DNA of 64,000 bases from NCBI GenBank assembly GCA_030615855.1, contig JAUWYL010000002.1:1526-65525 (forward strand). Direction: 5' to 3'. The first letter of the stretch is position 1. Every line of letters begins with the position of its first letter. Shown piece by piece: positions 36,467 through 46,369 of the stretch. The DNA comes from a bacterium (GTDB lineage Bacteria; UBP18; UBA7526). Both the position numbers and the translations under genes were made by a program. The notes under the pieces are model-generated. The model was not told the DNA's origin, made no database searches, and saw nothing but the letters and a program-made list of their open reading frames with translations.

Positions 36467-37639
36467 TCACCTGGTCTTATGCTTTTTTATAAAGCCAGGT
36501 AAAATTAGCAGCAATAATGTTACAATTGCCATGGATATAACGATGAGTCTGGGCAGATACGAGGTTTTTTCCCTCTTCTCCGGAGCCACTTCAGGAAGTG
36601 CCTTCTCTCTTTTCGGTGCTTTTCCTGCTTGCGGTGCTTCCTTTGGTTGCAGTGCTTCTTCTTTCCCGAACACTTTCGCCCAAACCGGCTTCAAACCAGC
36701 AATAGTGAAATCTAAGGTAACATAATTACCTTTTGTAGTAGTCTTGCTGGTATAATCAATCTTCTCAGCAATAAACTTTCTCTTTATGGCCTCTCCTAAA
36801 AACCGGGCATCGTCATGGATAGCGGGCAGAGCCTCCTCTTTAGTTGCCCGGAATACTATCTTTCCCTTAGCCCGAGCCTCATCTATCAGGTCGAAGGAGA
36901 GTCCAATGGAAACCATGGATTCCGCAGATAGGAAGAGGGTCATGTGCCAATCCTCTTCCCATTCCCGCAAAGTCTTAACGAAGCGGGCTTCTTTATTATT
37001 AACATAGACAAAGCCGTCCCGGGCTTCAATAGCTTTTGTCCTCATTCTAATGAATTCTTTATCTTCTACTATTGAACCGCTCTTGCCTTCTGCCACATCT
37101 ATTGCTTTCTTCACGACCTCGACTCCCGTACCCAAGATGAGCCTATTGCCCAGCCGGGTATAGGCGCTAATCTCTTCCGGATCTCTTGTCTGGCGATAGT
37201 GACTATAGATGATGTTATGTTTCAGATGGGTTGTCTTCACCATCCTCTCCCCGGGCTTCTTGAGGAGGGTATCCAGAGATTTGAGGAAAGCCTCAATCTT
37301 TTGCGGTTGGTCAGGAGGAAATTCGACAACTACAATGTAGTGGGAAATTCCTTCCGCGCTTAAGGGGAACAGGGCAGCTGCTACTTCAATAATGTCCAGT
37401 TGATACATCTCCCCTACTGCTCTCTTATTGACTTCACTTTCTTCACGCATTAATTTTTCTCTTTCCAATTCCATAAGAAAGGATAGCCCAGGATTGGTCT
37501 TAATCTTACCCAATGAAGAGACGACCATTGCCTCCCGGGGAATAAGGTCCTGGGCCCCTTTGCTCTCCACATCTGCTTTCTGTGATAAGCCAAAGATAGT
37601 AGTCCAGATAATCAAAGTAATGATTAGAATCTTCTTCAC
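36467..37639 (-). CDS. Exported protein with C-terminal TM anchor, unknown function
   Basis: Start placed at GTG 37639 (MKKILIITLIIWTTIFGLSQKA, signal-peptide-like); C-terminal LIVISMAIVTLLLLILPGF; partly similar to 38013..38969. Confidence 0.6.
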   Translation of the reverse strand: MKKILIITLIIWTTIFGLSQKADVESKGAQDLIPREAMVVSSLGKIKTNPGLSFLMELEREKLMREESEVNKRAVGEMYQLDIIEVAAALFPLSAEGISHYIVVVEFPPDQPQKIEAFLKSLDTLLKKPGERMVKTTHLKHNIIYSHYRQTRDPEEISAYTRLGNRLILGTGVEVVKKAIDVAEGKSGSIVEDKEFIRMRTKAIEARDGFVYVNNKEARFVKTLREWEEDWHMTLFLSAESMVSIGLSFDLIDEARAKGKIVFRATKEEALPAIHDDARFLGEAIKRKFIAEKIDYTSKTTTKGNYVTLDFTIAGLKPVWAKVFGKEEALQPKEAPQAGKAPKREKALPEVAPEKREKTSYLPRLIVISMAIVTLLLLILPGFIKKHKTR

Positions 37640-38012
37640 CCCGCACCTTTTAACATATTCACCCCGCACTTTTTATATTCCTCTTTTCCCGTGTTCTTGT
37701 CAAAAGTGCGGAGTTCAAACTGTTGTTTATTCTATGTTTTAGCTGTCCGTAGGCTTTACCAAAGTATTTAAGACTTTTTTCTCTTGCTTTAGCATCCTTT
37801 AACAAAAGGAAACTTTCGTAGTAAACTAAAGCCCAAGGTGCATATTTCTTAGTATACCCAACCAATCCTTCGTTATGTTCTTCCAATCTACGCTTAATAT
37901 CATTCGTGTAACCAACGTAAAGTGAAGAATTTTTCTTACTCTTCAAAAGATAGACATGATACATATGTCCCTCTAAGTAAAAGAACCGGACGAATACCAA
38001 AAAGGTGCGGGG
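37639..38012 (-). mobile_element. Putative mini mobile element carrying a GIY-YIG nuclease
   Basis: 13-bp terminal inverted repeats CCCCGCACCTTTT (37639-37651) / AAAAGGTGCGGGG (38000-38012), a second end copy at 37662-37674, and TCA on both sides (37636-37638, 38013-38015). Confidence 0.65.
37659..37964 (-). CDS. Small GIY-YIG nuclease family protein
   Basis: MYHVYLL, LYVG, KRRLEEHN, YTKKYAPWALVYYE, AKAREKSLK; ATG 37964 after GAGGGA. Confidence 0.9.
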   Translation of the reverse strand: MYHVYLLKSKKNSSLYVGYTNDIKRRLEEHNEGLVGYTKKYAPWALVYYESFLLLKDAKAREKSLKYFGKAYGQLKHRINNSLNSALLTRTREKRNIKSAG

Positions 38013-38969
38013 TCATCGTTTCTTTTCCTTTACTAAGAGGTTATGGATCACTGATTTCAGCCCAGAAAGCTTGAAGTTTAGTTTAAGATGATAATTGTCC
38101 ATTATTATTTCTTCCTCAAAGTTAAGTCCGTTTGCCCGACAGAGGCGTTTCAGGAGTCCGGCTAAGAAGTAAATATCCTCTCTCTCTTTTTTGCTATCTA
38201 CTTTCTCTCTATATTTAAAGAGAAGGCTTCCTCTTAGGCTATCAGCATCAAGGATATCGAAGTAGCCTCCCAGATAGTCCAAGAAGTTTACTGTAGGGAA
38301 TATGGCATAGGCACTCTTTTTTTCTAATCTCTTCACAATTCGGGATAATTCAGAATGGCTATTGTCAATGAAGAACATGGCTTCTCCGGTTCTCTGGAGC
38401 CCCTGAAAATCACTCAAGGCTTCTCCAGAGATAAAGAAAGTCTCTTTCCCGTATTGATCCAGGGAGGCCTTGAGCAGAGAAAGATTATTTGAAATAAGGG
38501 CAATGTCTCTAAAGAGGGTGTAGGAAGAGACTTCATCATCGTTCCCCGAACCCTTCAGGTAAAGGATGGAGCAACCCCTATAATTGATTCTCTCAAAGGG
38601 TTCTCCGTCAATCATTGCATTATCTATTGACTTTCTGAAGAGTCGGGAAATTTTGATGAGCCTACTATTCTTAACCAAGAAGAGATAGTCCGGTTCTTCT
38701 CTGCTAACCGCCAAGGTAGCAAGGGTAGCGATTTCCACCGGGCCCAGAAGACGTGCCCCCCACCTAATCTTCCAGTCGAAGTTATTAATCAATTCAGATG
38801 TCCCGAGATCCTTCAGACCTATCTTTAAAGTGACGAAAGCGAATGTCTCCTGGGGAATGAGCTGGGTTATTTTAATCTCCTTGCCTGGAAAGAAAAGCCA
38901 AAGGAAGAAAGAGGCTGATAATACAATCAAGACAAGTAGGAGACTTAAGAAAATTTTCTTAGACTTCAT
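38013..38969 (-). CDS. Hypothetical protein with N-terminal TM anchor
   Basis: 318-aa ORF in the operon; ATGA overlap with the upstream gene; shares LIP.E and SSYT/SAYT segments with 36467..37639. Confidence 0.65.
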   Translation of the reverse strand: MKSKKIFLSLLLVLIVLSASFFLWLFFPGKEIKITQLIPQETFAFVTLKIGLKDLGTSELINNFDWKIRWGARLLGPVEIATLATLAVSREEPDYLFLVKNSRLIKISRLFRKSIDNAMIDGEPFERINYRGCSILYLKGSGNDDEVSSYTLFRDIALISNNLSLLKASLDQYGKETFFISGEALSDFQGLQRTGEAMFFIDNSHSELSRIVKRLEKKSAYAIFPTVNFLDYLGGYFDILDADSLRGSLLFKYREKVDSKKEREDIYFLAGLLKRLCRANGLNFEEEIIMDNYHLKLNFKLSGLKSVIHNLLVKEKKR

Positions 38970-40429
38970 CTATCTTTTTCCTTCCGATTTTCCCTAAAGA
39001 AAGCCACTGCCTTCATCACCACTCCAATAACTAACAAGAAATAAGCAAGATTAGCTATCTGCTCTGCAAGCCACTCGGCTCTAATCATCAAGAGAAAAGC
39101 ACACAAAACTAAAAGAAGCATAAAATCTAAAATAAAGGCAGAAGAAAGATTTGTTTTGTGATACCGGATGAAAAATTTTCTAAAAGTAATGATTTGCTTT
39201 TTAAGGAAATAGAAGAAAGACAGGCAGGTAGAATAAGCTCTCTTAATCTCTGAACAAGTTTTTTCTATATCGCAAAGAATAAATCTAAAAGTAGTCTTAA
39301 TAATAAAACGGAGGGCTAAATCTTTGTAGGGGAAAAGTTTTAAGACTGCAGTTGGAGCCAGGACTAAAACAAAGAAAGCCTTAAAGGAACAGACGAAATG
39401 ATGAGAGGAGAAGAAGGAAATTAAAGCGAGAAGAGATAAAAGAATAATACTGGGAAGATAACTCCAGAGATCAATTCTAATTGCTCGGGAAAATTTCATC
39501 TTGATGGCAAAGGAGAGAAAGCAGGAATAGAATAGCCAGAAGAAGCAAAGAAGAAAAGCAAAACCAAGAGAATAACCTAAGGTGCGAAAAGTCAAATAGT
39601 TAGTCCGTCCCTGTTCGGGAGAATCGAATAAAAGATAGAGCCCTTTAAAGCGGAAGGTATAGTTTCGAAATTCAAGATAATCAAAAGCAATAGGAGATAG
39701 ATGAGTATCCTGAGTATAGACAAACTTTATGGCATTGGTCTCTTTGACAAAACAATAAGGAATATCTACCGAAAACTTCTGCCATTTAGGACTCTTTCTA
39801 AATTTCAGCCTATCCAATGCAATATCATCAAAGTATACCTCTATCCTTTGATCTCGAACATCAGGTGGACTACAGGAGAAGGCCTTTATTACTATCCGGT
39901 AGATTTTTTCTTCAGGAAGAGAGATTCTAAGAATGGCTTCTCTTTTGAAAATGGCCTCTTTCTCTTTTGGGGATTTCCTCTCTCCTTTTCTTTCCGCCCC
40001 AATCTTAAATTGAATCTTCCCAAGGTATCTTTTTACTCTCTTATATTCTGGATTGAGTGCTGATACTTTCTGAAACTCTTCTCTAGCTTTAAGATACTGA
40101 CGATTTCTATAGTATTCCTTCCCCAACTGATAATAATCTTCTATTCGCTCCAGTTCTAATAGAGGTTTCCTTTCTATTGCTCCCTTGGGAGGCTTTTGAA
40201 TAATGGTTTTACCGACCAGCCAGACCAGACCCTTCTCTTCTTTCCATCCAGATATTAAATGTTCTCTTCCTTCCTTTGTTTTCAAGGCTATCTTTATCCT
40301 AATCGGCTTTTCTAAAATTTGGGCTCTATTTGCCTGAAAACTAAAAGCAAATATCAACCCAAATATAACAACCCCCAGCGAATATTTGAAATTTCGCCTC
40401 TGCTTTAGAAATCCAATGATATCTTTCAT
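38966..40429 (-). CDS. Membrane protein with a TPR-like segment, unknown function
   Basis: YYQLGKEYYRNRQYLKAREEFQKVSALNPEY TPR-like repeat; several TM helices. Confidence 0.65.
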   Translation of the reverse strand: MKDIIGFLKQRRNFKYSLGVVIFGLIFAFSFQANRAQILEKPIRIKIALKTKEGREHLISGWKEEKGLVWLVGKTIIQKPPKGAIERKPLLELERIEDYYQLGKEYYRNRQYLKAREEFQKVSALNPEYKRVKRYLGKIQFKIGAERKGERKSPKEKEAIFKREAILRISLPEEKIYRIVIKAFSCSPPDVRDQRIEVYFDDIALDRLKFRKSPKWQKFSVDIPYCFVKETNAIKFVYTQDTHLSPIAFDYLEFRNYTFRFKGLYLLFDSPEQGRTNYLTFRTLGYSLGFAFLLCFFWLFYSCFLSFAIKMKFSRAIRIDLWSYLPSIILLSLLALISFFSSHHFVCSFKAFFVLVLAPTAVLKLFPYKDLALRFIIKTTFRFILCDIEKTCSEIKRAYSTCLSFFYFLKKQIITFRKFFIRYHKTNLSSAFILDFMLLLVLCAFLLMIRAEWLAEQIANLAYFLLVIGVVMKAVAFFRENRKEKDR

Positions 40430-40449
40430 TTCCTTCTCTTGCAGCTACT

Positions 40450-40570
40450 TGATAGCTTGCCTGTCCCGTTGTCCGATTTATCGGACTTTACGGGGATTGC
40501 TCGATAGTTCTCTTTTGCTCTTTTCTCTCCGTTTCCTGCTCTTTGCTCATCTGCTCACTTTCCCACCTGC
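40450..40570. repeat. GCTCAC/TGCTC tandem repeats with hairpin
   Basis: GTCCGATTTATCGGAC hairpin; tgctc units x6 including ctgctcacctgctc. Confidence 0.55.
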
Positions 40571-43500
40571 TCACCTGCTCTTTGTTTTCCGCTTCCTTCT
40601 CCTCACCCCCGTCCCCACCAAATATCCTATGCACCCCACAAAAGTCGCCCCTGAAATAAACAATCCCAGATAGAATAAACTTTGCGGCCAGAAGTATAGA
40701 ATAATCTCAAATTCCTCAGGTTTGTTTTCTATATCTTTAATTTTTAATTTTTCATTTTTAATTTTAAATTGTTCTATTGGAACCCACCACCCATTCGCAT
40801 ATCCATTCACCAAGTAATGTTCCTTTATATCTGCTTTCCGGAACAAATACCTTATATCACCCGGAGTAAACTTCTGAAGATGCTTTGCCTCTTTCACCCC
40901 TAATCCCGGATACTCAGCAATTATTTCATCAAAATTTTCTTCTTTGATTTTTGATTTTTGATTTTTGATTTTTGATTTTTTAACGTACGCTCTCCACCCC
41001 TCATGATAACTTTCACTAAACACCAACCAAAATGGCTCTGTTGCATTCTTAACCTTCACTCTATACTTAGTAGGATTTATCTTCTGAAAAGATATTTCCG
41101 GCCCGTCTTTGGACTCTGTACCTTTTATTTGCGTTGATTCGCGTCCTCTTTCTATTCGCGACCATTCGCGTCCCCCTATAGCCATAAAATCCAACTTACT
41201 CTCCAACCCCGGAAACAAGGCTTCTAGATTATGATAGCCCTCTTCTAAATAAATAGGAGAAGCAATATACCAATAGCCAGATTTAATCAGTAATACCTTT
41301 TTCTGGTCAACTTTCAGAATAGGAGGGAGAGGACGGGCTTTTTTATACGGGAGGATCTCTTCATTATATATCTGGAGATGCTGGAGAAAAACAGATTCAC
41401 GTCCTTGTTTTTCTTGGCGTCTTTCAGTTTCCTTTTGCGTCTTTGCGGTTGCAATTCGCGTTAATTCGCGTTCCTCAATATCAAGTTCCGAATTCTTGGA
41501 TAATCCAATATCCAGTTTGACGAGATAGTAGTGGTCTCTATTGGGAAACTCGATTTTGGCTAATTGAAGAGCCTCGAGAGGAATATTCTCAGTGGGAATT
41601 CCCTCCTGAGTCACTTTTCCGTCAGATTTCCCATCAGCGTCAAAATCGAGATGGAGAGTCATGCTAACTAAGAGATTGCGGGGATCCTCATTCTGATGAA
41701 TGAGATTGATATAAGGATACTTTTCTAAATCCAAGTTTTCAAAGGAACGAGAAAGGATTATCCTGCTCTTCCTTCTTTTTAGTTTTTTTATTAAACATAT
41801 CCTTTCATTAAAAGCATAATTCCGACTCTTAACACATTTGTCTTCGCTAAAACCATATAATCTAAAATTCTTAAAGCTTGTTTTATACCAGCCTTTATCA
41901 GAAAAAGTGGAACAATCGAGCCCCTCTCTTTTAGAAATTTTCAAATAAATTTTTACCAAATGAAAAGAAGTATTAGCAGAAAGGCTCTGACTCAAAGAAT
42001 TTCTTACCTTCTCATAGAGATTAAAACTATGCCTGCTAAATTGTTTTTTTAAAGTAGCAGGTAATTCCTCAGAGATTCTGGTATCTGTCTTTCCATCATT
42101 GTCAAGGTCGATCCCTAAAATTATTTCAATCTTCTGAACCCCGGAATTTGTAAGACGATAATTTATCTCAAAAGAAGGATACTTTTCTAAATCAATTGGC
42201 TCTATGTTTCTCTTTAACCCTAGAAACTCTCTTTCCCTTGCATCACCATCAAAGTAGGTGCTCACAGTTAGAATATCCTTTCCGGTAGAGGCAAAATATT
42301 TCACGTTCCTAGGGACAAAAGACCACCCCTTTCCTATCCTTTCTTTTAAGCCATAGTCCGGTGCTTTAACATACTGAGGACTGACCTTTGCTCTTAAGGA
42401 GTATTTTCCAGAGGAAGGAAGATAAAAAGATCCTTTAAGTGATCTTTCCTCCCAAGAGTCAATATCACTACTAAGTTCCTTAGAGAAAAGGTGAGTTGGC
42501 GAATCCTCAGCCTTCTTTAAATAATCCCGGATTTCATCTTCACCCTGAATAACTTTTTCCTCTGGGACAATCACCAACTCCTGCGGTGCTTCCTCTACCC
42601 TAATCTTATATTTTCCCCTTTTTAACTCAATTTCTCCAATCTTTCTCCACTGGTTTCCTGAAGCTTGGAACTTGGAGTTTGGAGCTTGGAGTATCCTCTC
42701 TCTGCTCTCGGCTCCCTGCTCTAAGCTTTTTATCTCTATCTTGACTTTTTCGTTCTTAGTATATACTTGATAAACCCCTTCCTCCTTAGCCTCAAAAACA
42801 ACCGGCTTCTTACTATCTTCAATCTTAATTCCATAATCGGGTTCTAAAATTTGGAGAGTCAAATCCAAAGGATTACTGTTAGAAAATGTAAATGCCTTAG
42901 ACTGGAAAAGGAGCTTCTCCAATACTTTCTCTTCTTGCTGTTCACTGAAGAAGAGTACTGGTTTATTATCCAAATATCTGGTGTAGGTAAGTGGTACTAA
43001 GGTTTTTACATCTCCTTTAATAAAGACGGGGGAAGTGGCGGAATAGATACGAGGCAAAAAGTATTCATCATCAAGTTTATAAAGGTTGAGTTTGCCAAAA
43101 TTCCTATCCCGTTTAATTCCCTCCTGAGAATTAAGGAAAGCAGTAAGATTGCCCAGGTTATGTCTAAACCACCAAGGATGATGCTTAATAAGTGCCCAAT
43201 TTATATCTCGATGTAAAAGTATATATTTAACATTCAATAATCCGAAAAGTCGCTTAGCACGGACTTGAGTGGGCTTTTCTTCTATTTGTTTGCTAAGTAA
43301 CAGTGGAATTTCATATCCTCTTCCCGTATTAGTATAGATGACTGGCTTGGCAGAAAAGAACCTTATGATATCGCCTCCGGAATAACCAGTATCTTCCCAG
43401 AGATAAATAGTATTGTAACTTTTTGACAGGGGTAGAGAAAAAATCCTCTCACTATCTTTACCCTGGCCAGTCCATTCTTTAAATCGATAATAATACTCAG

Positions 43501-44863
43501 GAATCTTTATTCTGGCAGAAGGGATTATTCCTCCTCCGGCAAAAATAACATCGCCGGTCCAAAAAGGAAAAACAAGAACCAGAAAAAGTAGCATGAAAAT
43601 ACAGGCGGCAGATAAAAAAGAAAGGCTTCTGCTAAATCTCTTAGATAAAAAGTCAACAGTGGAACTTATTCCTAGTCCTAAAAGTGGCGTCAGGGCCAAG
43701 GTAAGCATTAACCCCCATTTTTGAATATTGGCCTTAAAGGCTGTCCCCAATAAAGGAATATGTTGATAGAACCAGATATTTACATTGGCTAAAGGGGGCT
43801 TGGCTCCTTTAACTAAAAATAATCCTACGATAGCTAAGATACTAAAATAGATACATCCCGTTCTTTTATATTCCGATCTCTTCAATAGGGGTAAGAAACT
43901 GAAAAAGGGAATCAAGAAACTTATCAGAATAAAGGGCCGGGTAAGATAAAATTTAGCCCAACGATAGTAAGGAACACCCTCCCATTCGCCATGTAGAGAC
44001 CAGAGGCCCCCTAATCTTAAGGCACCTAACAATTTTCCACTATTAAGTTTGAAAGTTTCTAAATTCGAAATGAACCCTAAGGAGGGGTCAGAAACCGCTC
44101 TTTGTTCTTCAAAAATGATGCTCCCATAGGGAATAATCCAGAATAGATTCAGAGATAGCCAGAGGATAATTAAAATAGATGTCAAGTAAACGGCCTGTTT
44201 TATAAGCCTGCGCTCTTTATTATTTATCAAGCAATAATAAAGTAAGTAAGAGAAGATAATAAACCAATGGACAATAGCAAGCGCCGGATTAGCATATCCA
44301 TAGGTTCCCATAACAAACCAGACAATTGCTAAAATGAAGATATATTTTAATCCCTTAGCAGAATTTAGGGATTTTATAAATAATCCTAAGATAAGGGGAC
44401 TTATGACATACGCTGGCATTAACATGCCAGAGGCCAAATGCCAGGGGATTTGAAGAACATAGGGATTCATCATATAGAAAAAAGAAGCAGCAAGTTTCGC
44501 TATCCTCTTAAACCCCAGAATAGAACAGAGATAATACATCGCTAAACCAGAAAGGGCAAACCAGAGATAAAACAACGATTTTTCAAAGAAGAGTAACGAT
44601 AATCCAATATGTTCTGTAAGGGCGGCATAGAGGGTATAGGGCATGAGAAAAGCTAATTGGCCTGGAGCAGGATAACCCAGAGAAATAGTATGGTCCCAAA
44701 AATATAAGGTATTATGAAAAAATTGTATTCTTGATAAAGGAAACCCAAAATCCCCTGTAGCAATAATAAAATTACCCCGGAACCAGGTTAGGGATAGAAG
44801 GCCTAAGAATAGTATTAATCCCATATCAAGAGATAGGATTTTGGTCCTGGCATTCACTTTCAT
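40571..44863 (-). CDS. 1430-aa membrane protein, N-terminal GT-C (DUF3367/AftD-like) region and large extracellular region with in-frame repeat inserts
   Basis: GDFGFP, FFYMMNPY, NLFWIIP, KGAKPP, GLLNVKYILLHRD, C-terminal VFSESYHEGW and HYLVNGYANGWW..FWPQ patterns. Confidence 0.65.
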   Translation of the reverse strand: MKVNARTKILSLDMGLILFLGLLSLTWFRGNFIIATGDFGFPLSRIQFFHNTLYFWDHTISLGYPAPGQLAFLMPYTLYAALTEHIGLSLLFFEKSLFYLWFALSGLAMYYLCSILGFKRIAKLAASFFYMMNPYVLQIPWHLASGMLMPAYVISPLILGLFIKSLNSAKGLKYIFILAIVWFVMGTYGYANPALAIVHWFIIFSYLLYYCLINNKERRLIKQAVYLTSILIILWLSLNLFWIIPYGSIIFEEQRAVSDPSLGFISNLETFKLNSGKLLGALRLGGLWSLHGEWEGVPYYRWAKFYLTRPFILISFLIPFFSFLPLLKRSEYKRTGCIYFSILAIVGLFLVKGAKPPLANVNIWFYQHIPLLGTAFKANIQKWGLMLTLALTPLLGLGISSTVDFLSKRFSRSLSFLSAACIFMLLFLVLVFPFWTGDVIFAGGGIIPSARIKIPEYYYRFKEWTGQGKDSERIFSLPLSKSYNTIYLWEDTGYSGGDIIRFFSAKPVIYTNTGRGYEIPLLLSKQIEEKPTQVRAKRLFGLLNVKYILLHRDINWALIKHHPWWFRHNLGNLTAFLNSQEGIKRDRNFGKLNLYKLDDEYFLPRIYSATSPVFIKGDVKTLVPLTYTRYLDNKPVLFFSEQQEEKVLEKLLFQSKAFTFSNSNPLDLTLQILEPDYGIKIEDSKKPVVFEAKEEGVYQVYTKNEKVKIEIKSLEQGAESRERILQAPNSKFQASGNQWRKIGEIELKRGKYKIRVEEAPQELVIVPEEKVIQGEDEIRDYLKKAEDSPTHLFSKELSSDIDSWEERSLKGSFYLPSSGKYSLRAKVSPQYVKAPDYGLKERIGKGWSFVPRNVKYFASTGKDILTVSTYFDGDAREREFLGLKRNIEPIDLEKYPSFEINYRLTNSGVQKIEIILGIDLDNDGKTDTRISEELPATLKKQFSRHSFNLYEKVRNSLSQSLSANTSFHLVKIYLKISKREGLDCSTFSDKGWYKTSFKNFRLYGFSEDKCVKSRNYAFNERICLIKKLKRRKSRIILSRSFENLDLEKYPYINLIHQNEDPRNLLVSMTLHLDFDADGKSDGKVTQEGIPTENIPLEALQLAKIEFPNRDHYYLVKLDIGLSKNSELDIEERELTRIATAKTQKETERRQEKQGRESVFLQHLQIYNEEILPYKKARPLPPILKVDQKKVLLIKSGYWYIASPIYLEEGYHNLEALFPGLESKLDFMAIGGREWSRIERGRESTQIKGTESKDGPEISFQKINPTKYRVKVKNATEPFWLVFSESYHEGWRAYVKKSKIKNQKSKIKEENFDEIIAEYPGLGVKEAKHLQKFTPGDIRYLFRKADIKEHYLVNGYANGWWVPIEQFKIKNEKLKIKDIENKPEEFEIILYFWPQSLFYLGLFISGATFVGCIGYLVGTGVRRRKRKTKSR

Positions 44864-46368
44864 TTTCTCTTATTGCCGCCCTCCCATAATGCAGCGATTC
44901 CTTTCTTCTCTATTGAAGTCGGATTTAAGATAAACCGGGAAAAATTTCTTCCCAGTTTTAAGATATAAGTGAAGTCTTCGAGAGATCTTATTTTATTCAG
45001 ATATCGCCAAGGTCTCTTGAGTCGGCTTCTCAAAAAACGAGAGAAGGCCTCTCCCTGGAGCTTTTTGAGTTCCTTATGGGTGAAATACTTAGTCTTGCAG
45101 CCCCGAACGACATTAAGAGCCCCAGTTTTGGGAAGTAAGCCCTCCTTAAGGTAAATATCATACATTGGAGTTCCGGGAAGAGGGTTAGCAATATAGAAAA
45201 TAGCAAAATCCAAGTAAGAATTAATAGCAAAGTTGATGGTATCCTCGATAGAATCAAGCTTTTCATAGGGAAAACCAATGATAAACGTTCCGATAGTCCA
45301 GAGACCAATATGATGGGCATATTTTATAATTGCCTGCGCATAGTTATAATTGTAATTCTTGCCCAGAAACTTCAGGGTTTTTTTATTACCAGATTCAAGA
45401 CCAAAGGTCAGACGATAGCACCCAGCTTGCTTCATTTTTCTCAGCAGTTCTTTATGGAGTAACCAAACCGCTATACCATTAGGTGTAGTCCATTTGATAT
45501 TAAGCTTTCGCTTAATAATTTCTTCGCATATTCCCATAAGTCGTTCCCTATCTACTGAAATACTATCGTCTAAGAAAGAAATCTCTTCTATATGATAATT
45601 CTTCACTAGTTCTTCGATTTCATCAACTACATTTTGAGGTGAACGGGCCCGCCATCTTCGGCCCCAAACCGTCTTGACGGCGCAAAAGATACAGTTTCCC
45701 GGACAGCCTCGGGAAGTAATTACGGTAGCCTCTCGCTTCCTCATTATATAATTGGTTCGGGTAGCAATTTCATGGAAATAAATATCCATTGGTAAAAGGT
45801 GACGTGCCGGAAAAGGCAGACTATTAAGCTCCTTAATAAAGGGGCGAGGTGGATTCTCAATTATCTTTCCCCTTTTGCGAATAAAGGTTCCCAGAATGTT
45901 ATCTAAGTTTTTTGTTTTTTTAAAGTTCTTAACAATTTCTAAAAAAGTGATTTCACCCTCTCCTTTAACAACAATATCAACATTTTTATCTTTTAAAACC
46001 TCGCAGGGATCTGAAGAAGGGTGGGCACCTCCCATTACCACCAAAATTTTGGGGTCAACCTCTTTGACTATTTTTGCCGTCCCATAGGCATCTCGGGCAT
46101 GAAGAGTAGATTGGCAGGTGATACCCACGATCTGAGGGGAATATTCTTTCAAGCGTTTCTTTATCTCTCTTATTCCCAAACCATAGCGCAATTTTTTTCC
46201 TACTATCCTTACTTCATGCGCCCCTTCAGCAGCAATATCTAAGACAAAAACATTAACTCCATGCTGCTCGAGATAGGCAGCTAAGTAGCCCAATCCCAAA
46301 ACGGGGCTCACTCCCCCCGGATCATCAGGATAAACGGTTAAAAATGGATTAAGAAGTAAAACCTTCAT
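44860..46368 (-). CDS. B12-binding-domain radical SAM protein
   Basis: LGLGYLAAYL, GGAHPS, GEGE, TSRGCPGNCIFC, GLESG; start set at ATG 46368. Confidence 0.9.
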   Translation of the reverse strand: MKVLLLNPFLTVYPDDPGGVSPVLGLGYLAAYLEQHGVNVFVLDIAAEGAHEVRIVGKKLRYGLGIREIKKRLKEYSPQIVGITCQSTLHARDAYGTAKIVKEVDPKILVVMGGAHPSSDPCEVLKDKNVDIVVKGEGEITFLEIVKNFKKTKNLDNILGTFIRKRGKIIENPPRPFIKELNSLPFPARHLLPMDIYFHEIATRTNYIMRKREATVITSRGCPGNCIFCAVKTVWGRRWRARSPQNVVDEIEELVKNYHIEEISFLDDSISVDRERLMGICEEIIKRKLNIKWTTPNGIAVWLLHKELLRKMKQAGCYRLTFGLESGNKKTLKFLGKNYNYNYAQAIIKYAHHIGLWTIGTFIIGFPYEKLDSIEDTINFAINSYLDFAIFYIANPLPGTPMYDIYLKEGLLPKTGALNVVRGCKTKYFTHKELKKLQGEAFSRFLRSRLKRPWRYLNKIRSLEDFTYILKLGRNFSRFILNPTSIEKKGIAALWEGGNKRK

Positions 46369-46369
46369 T

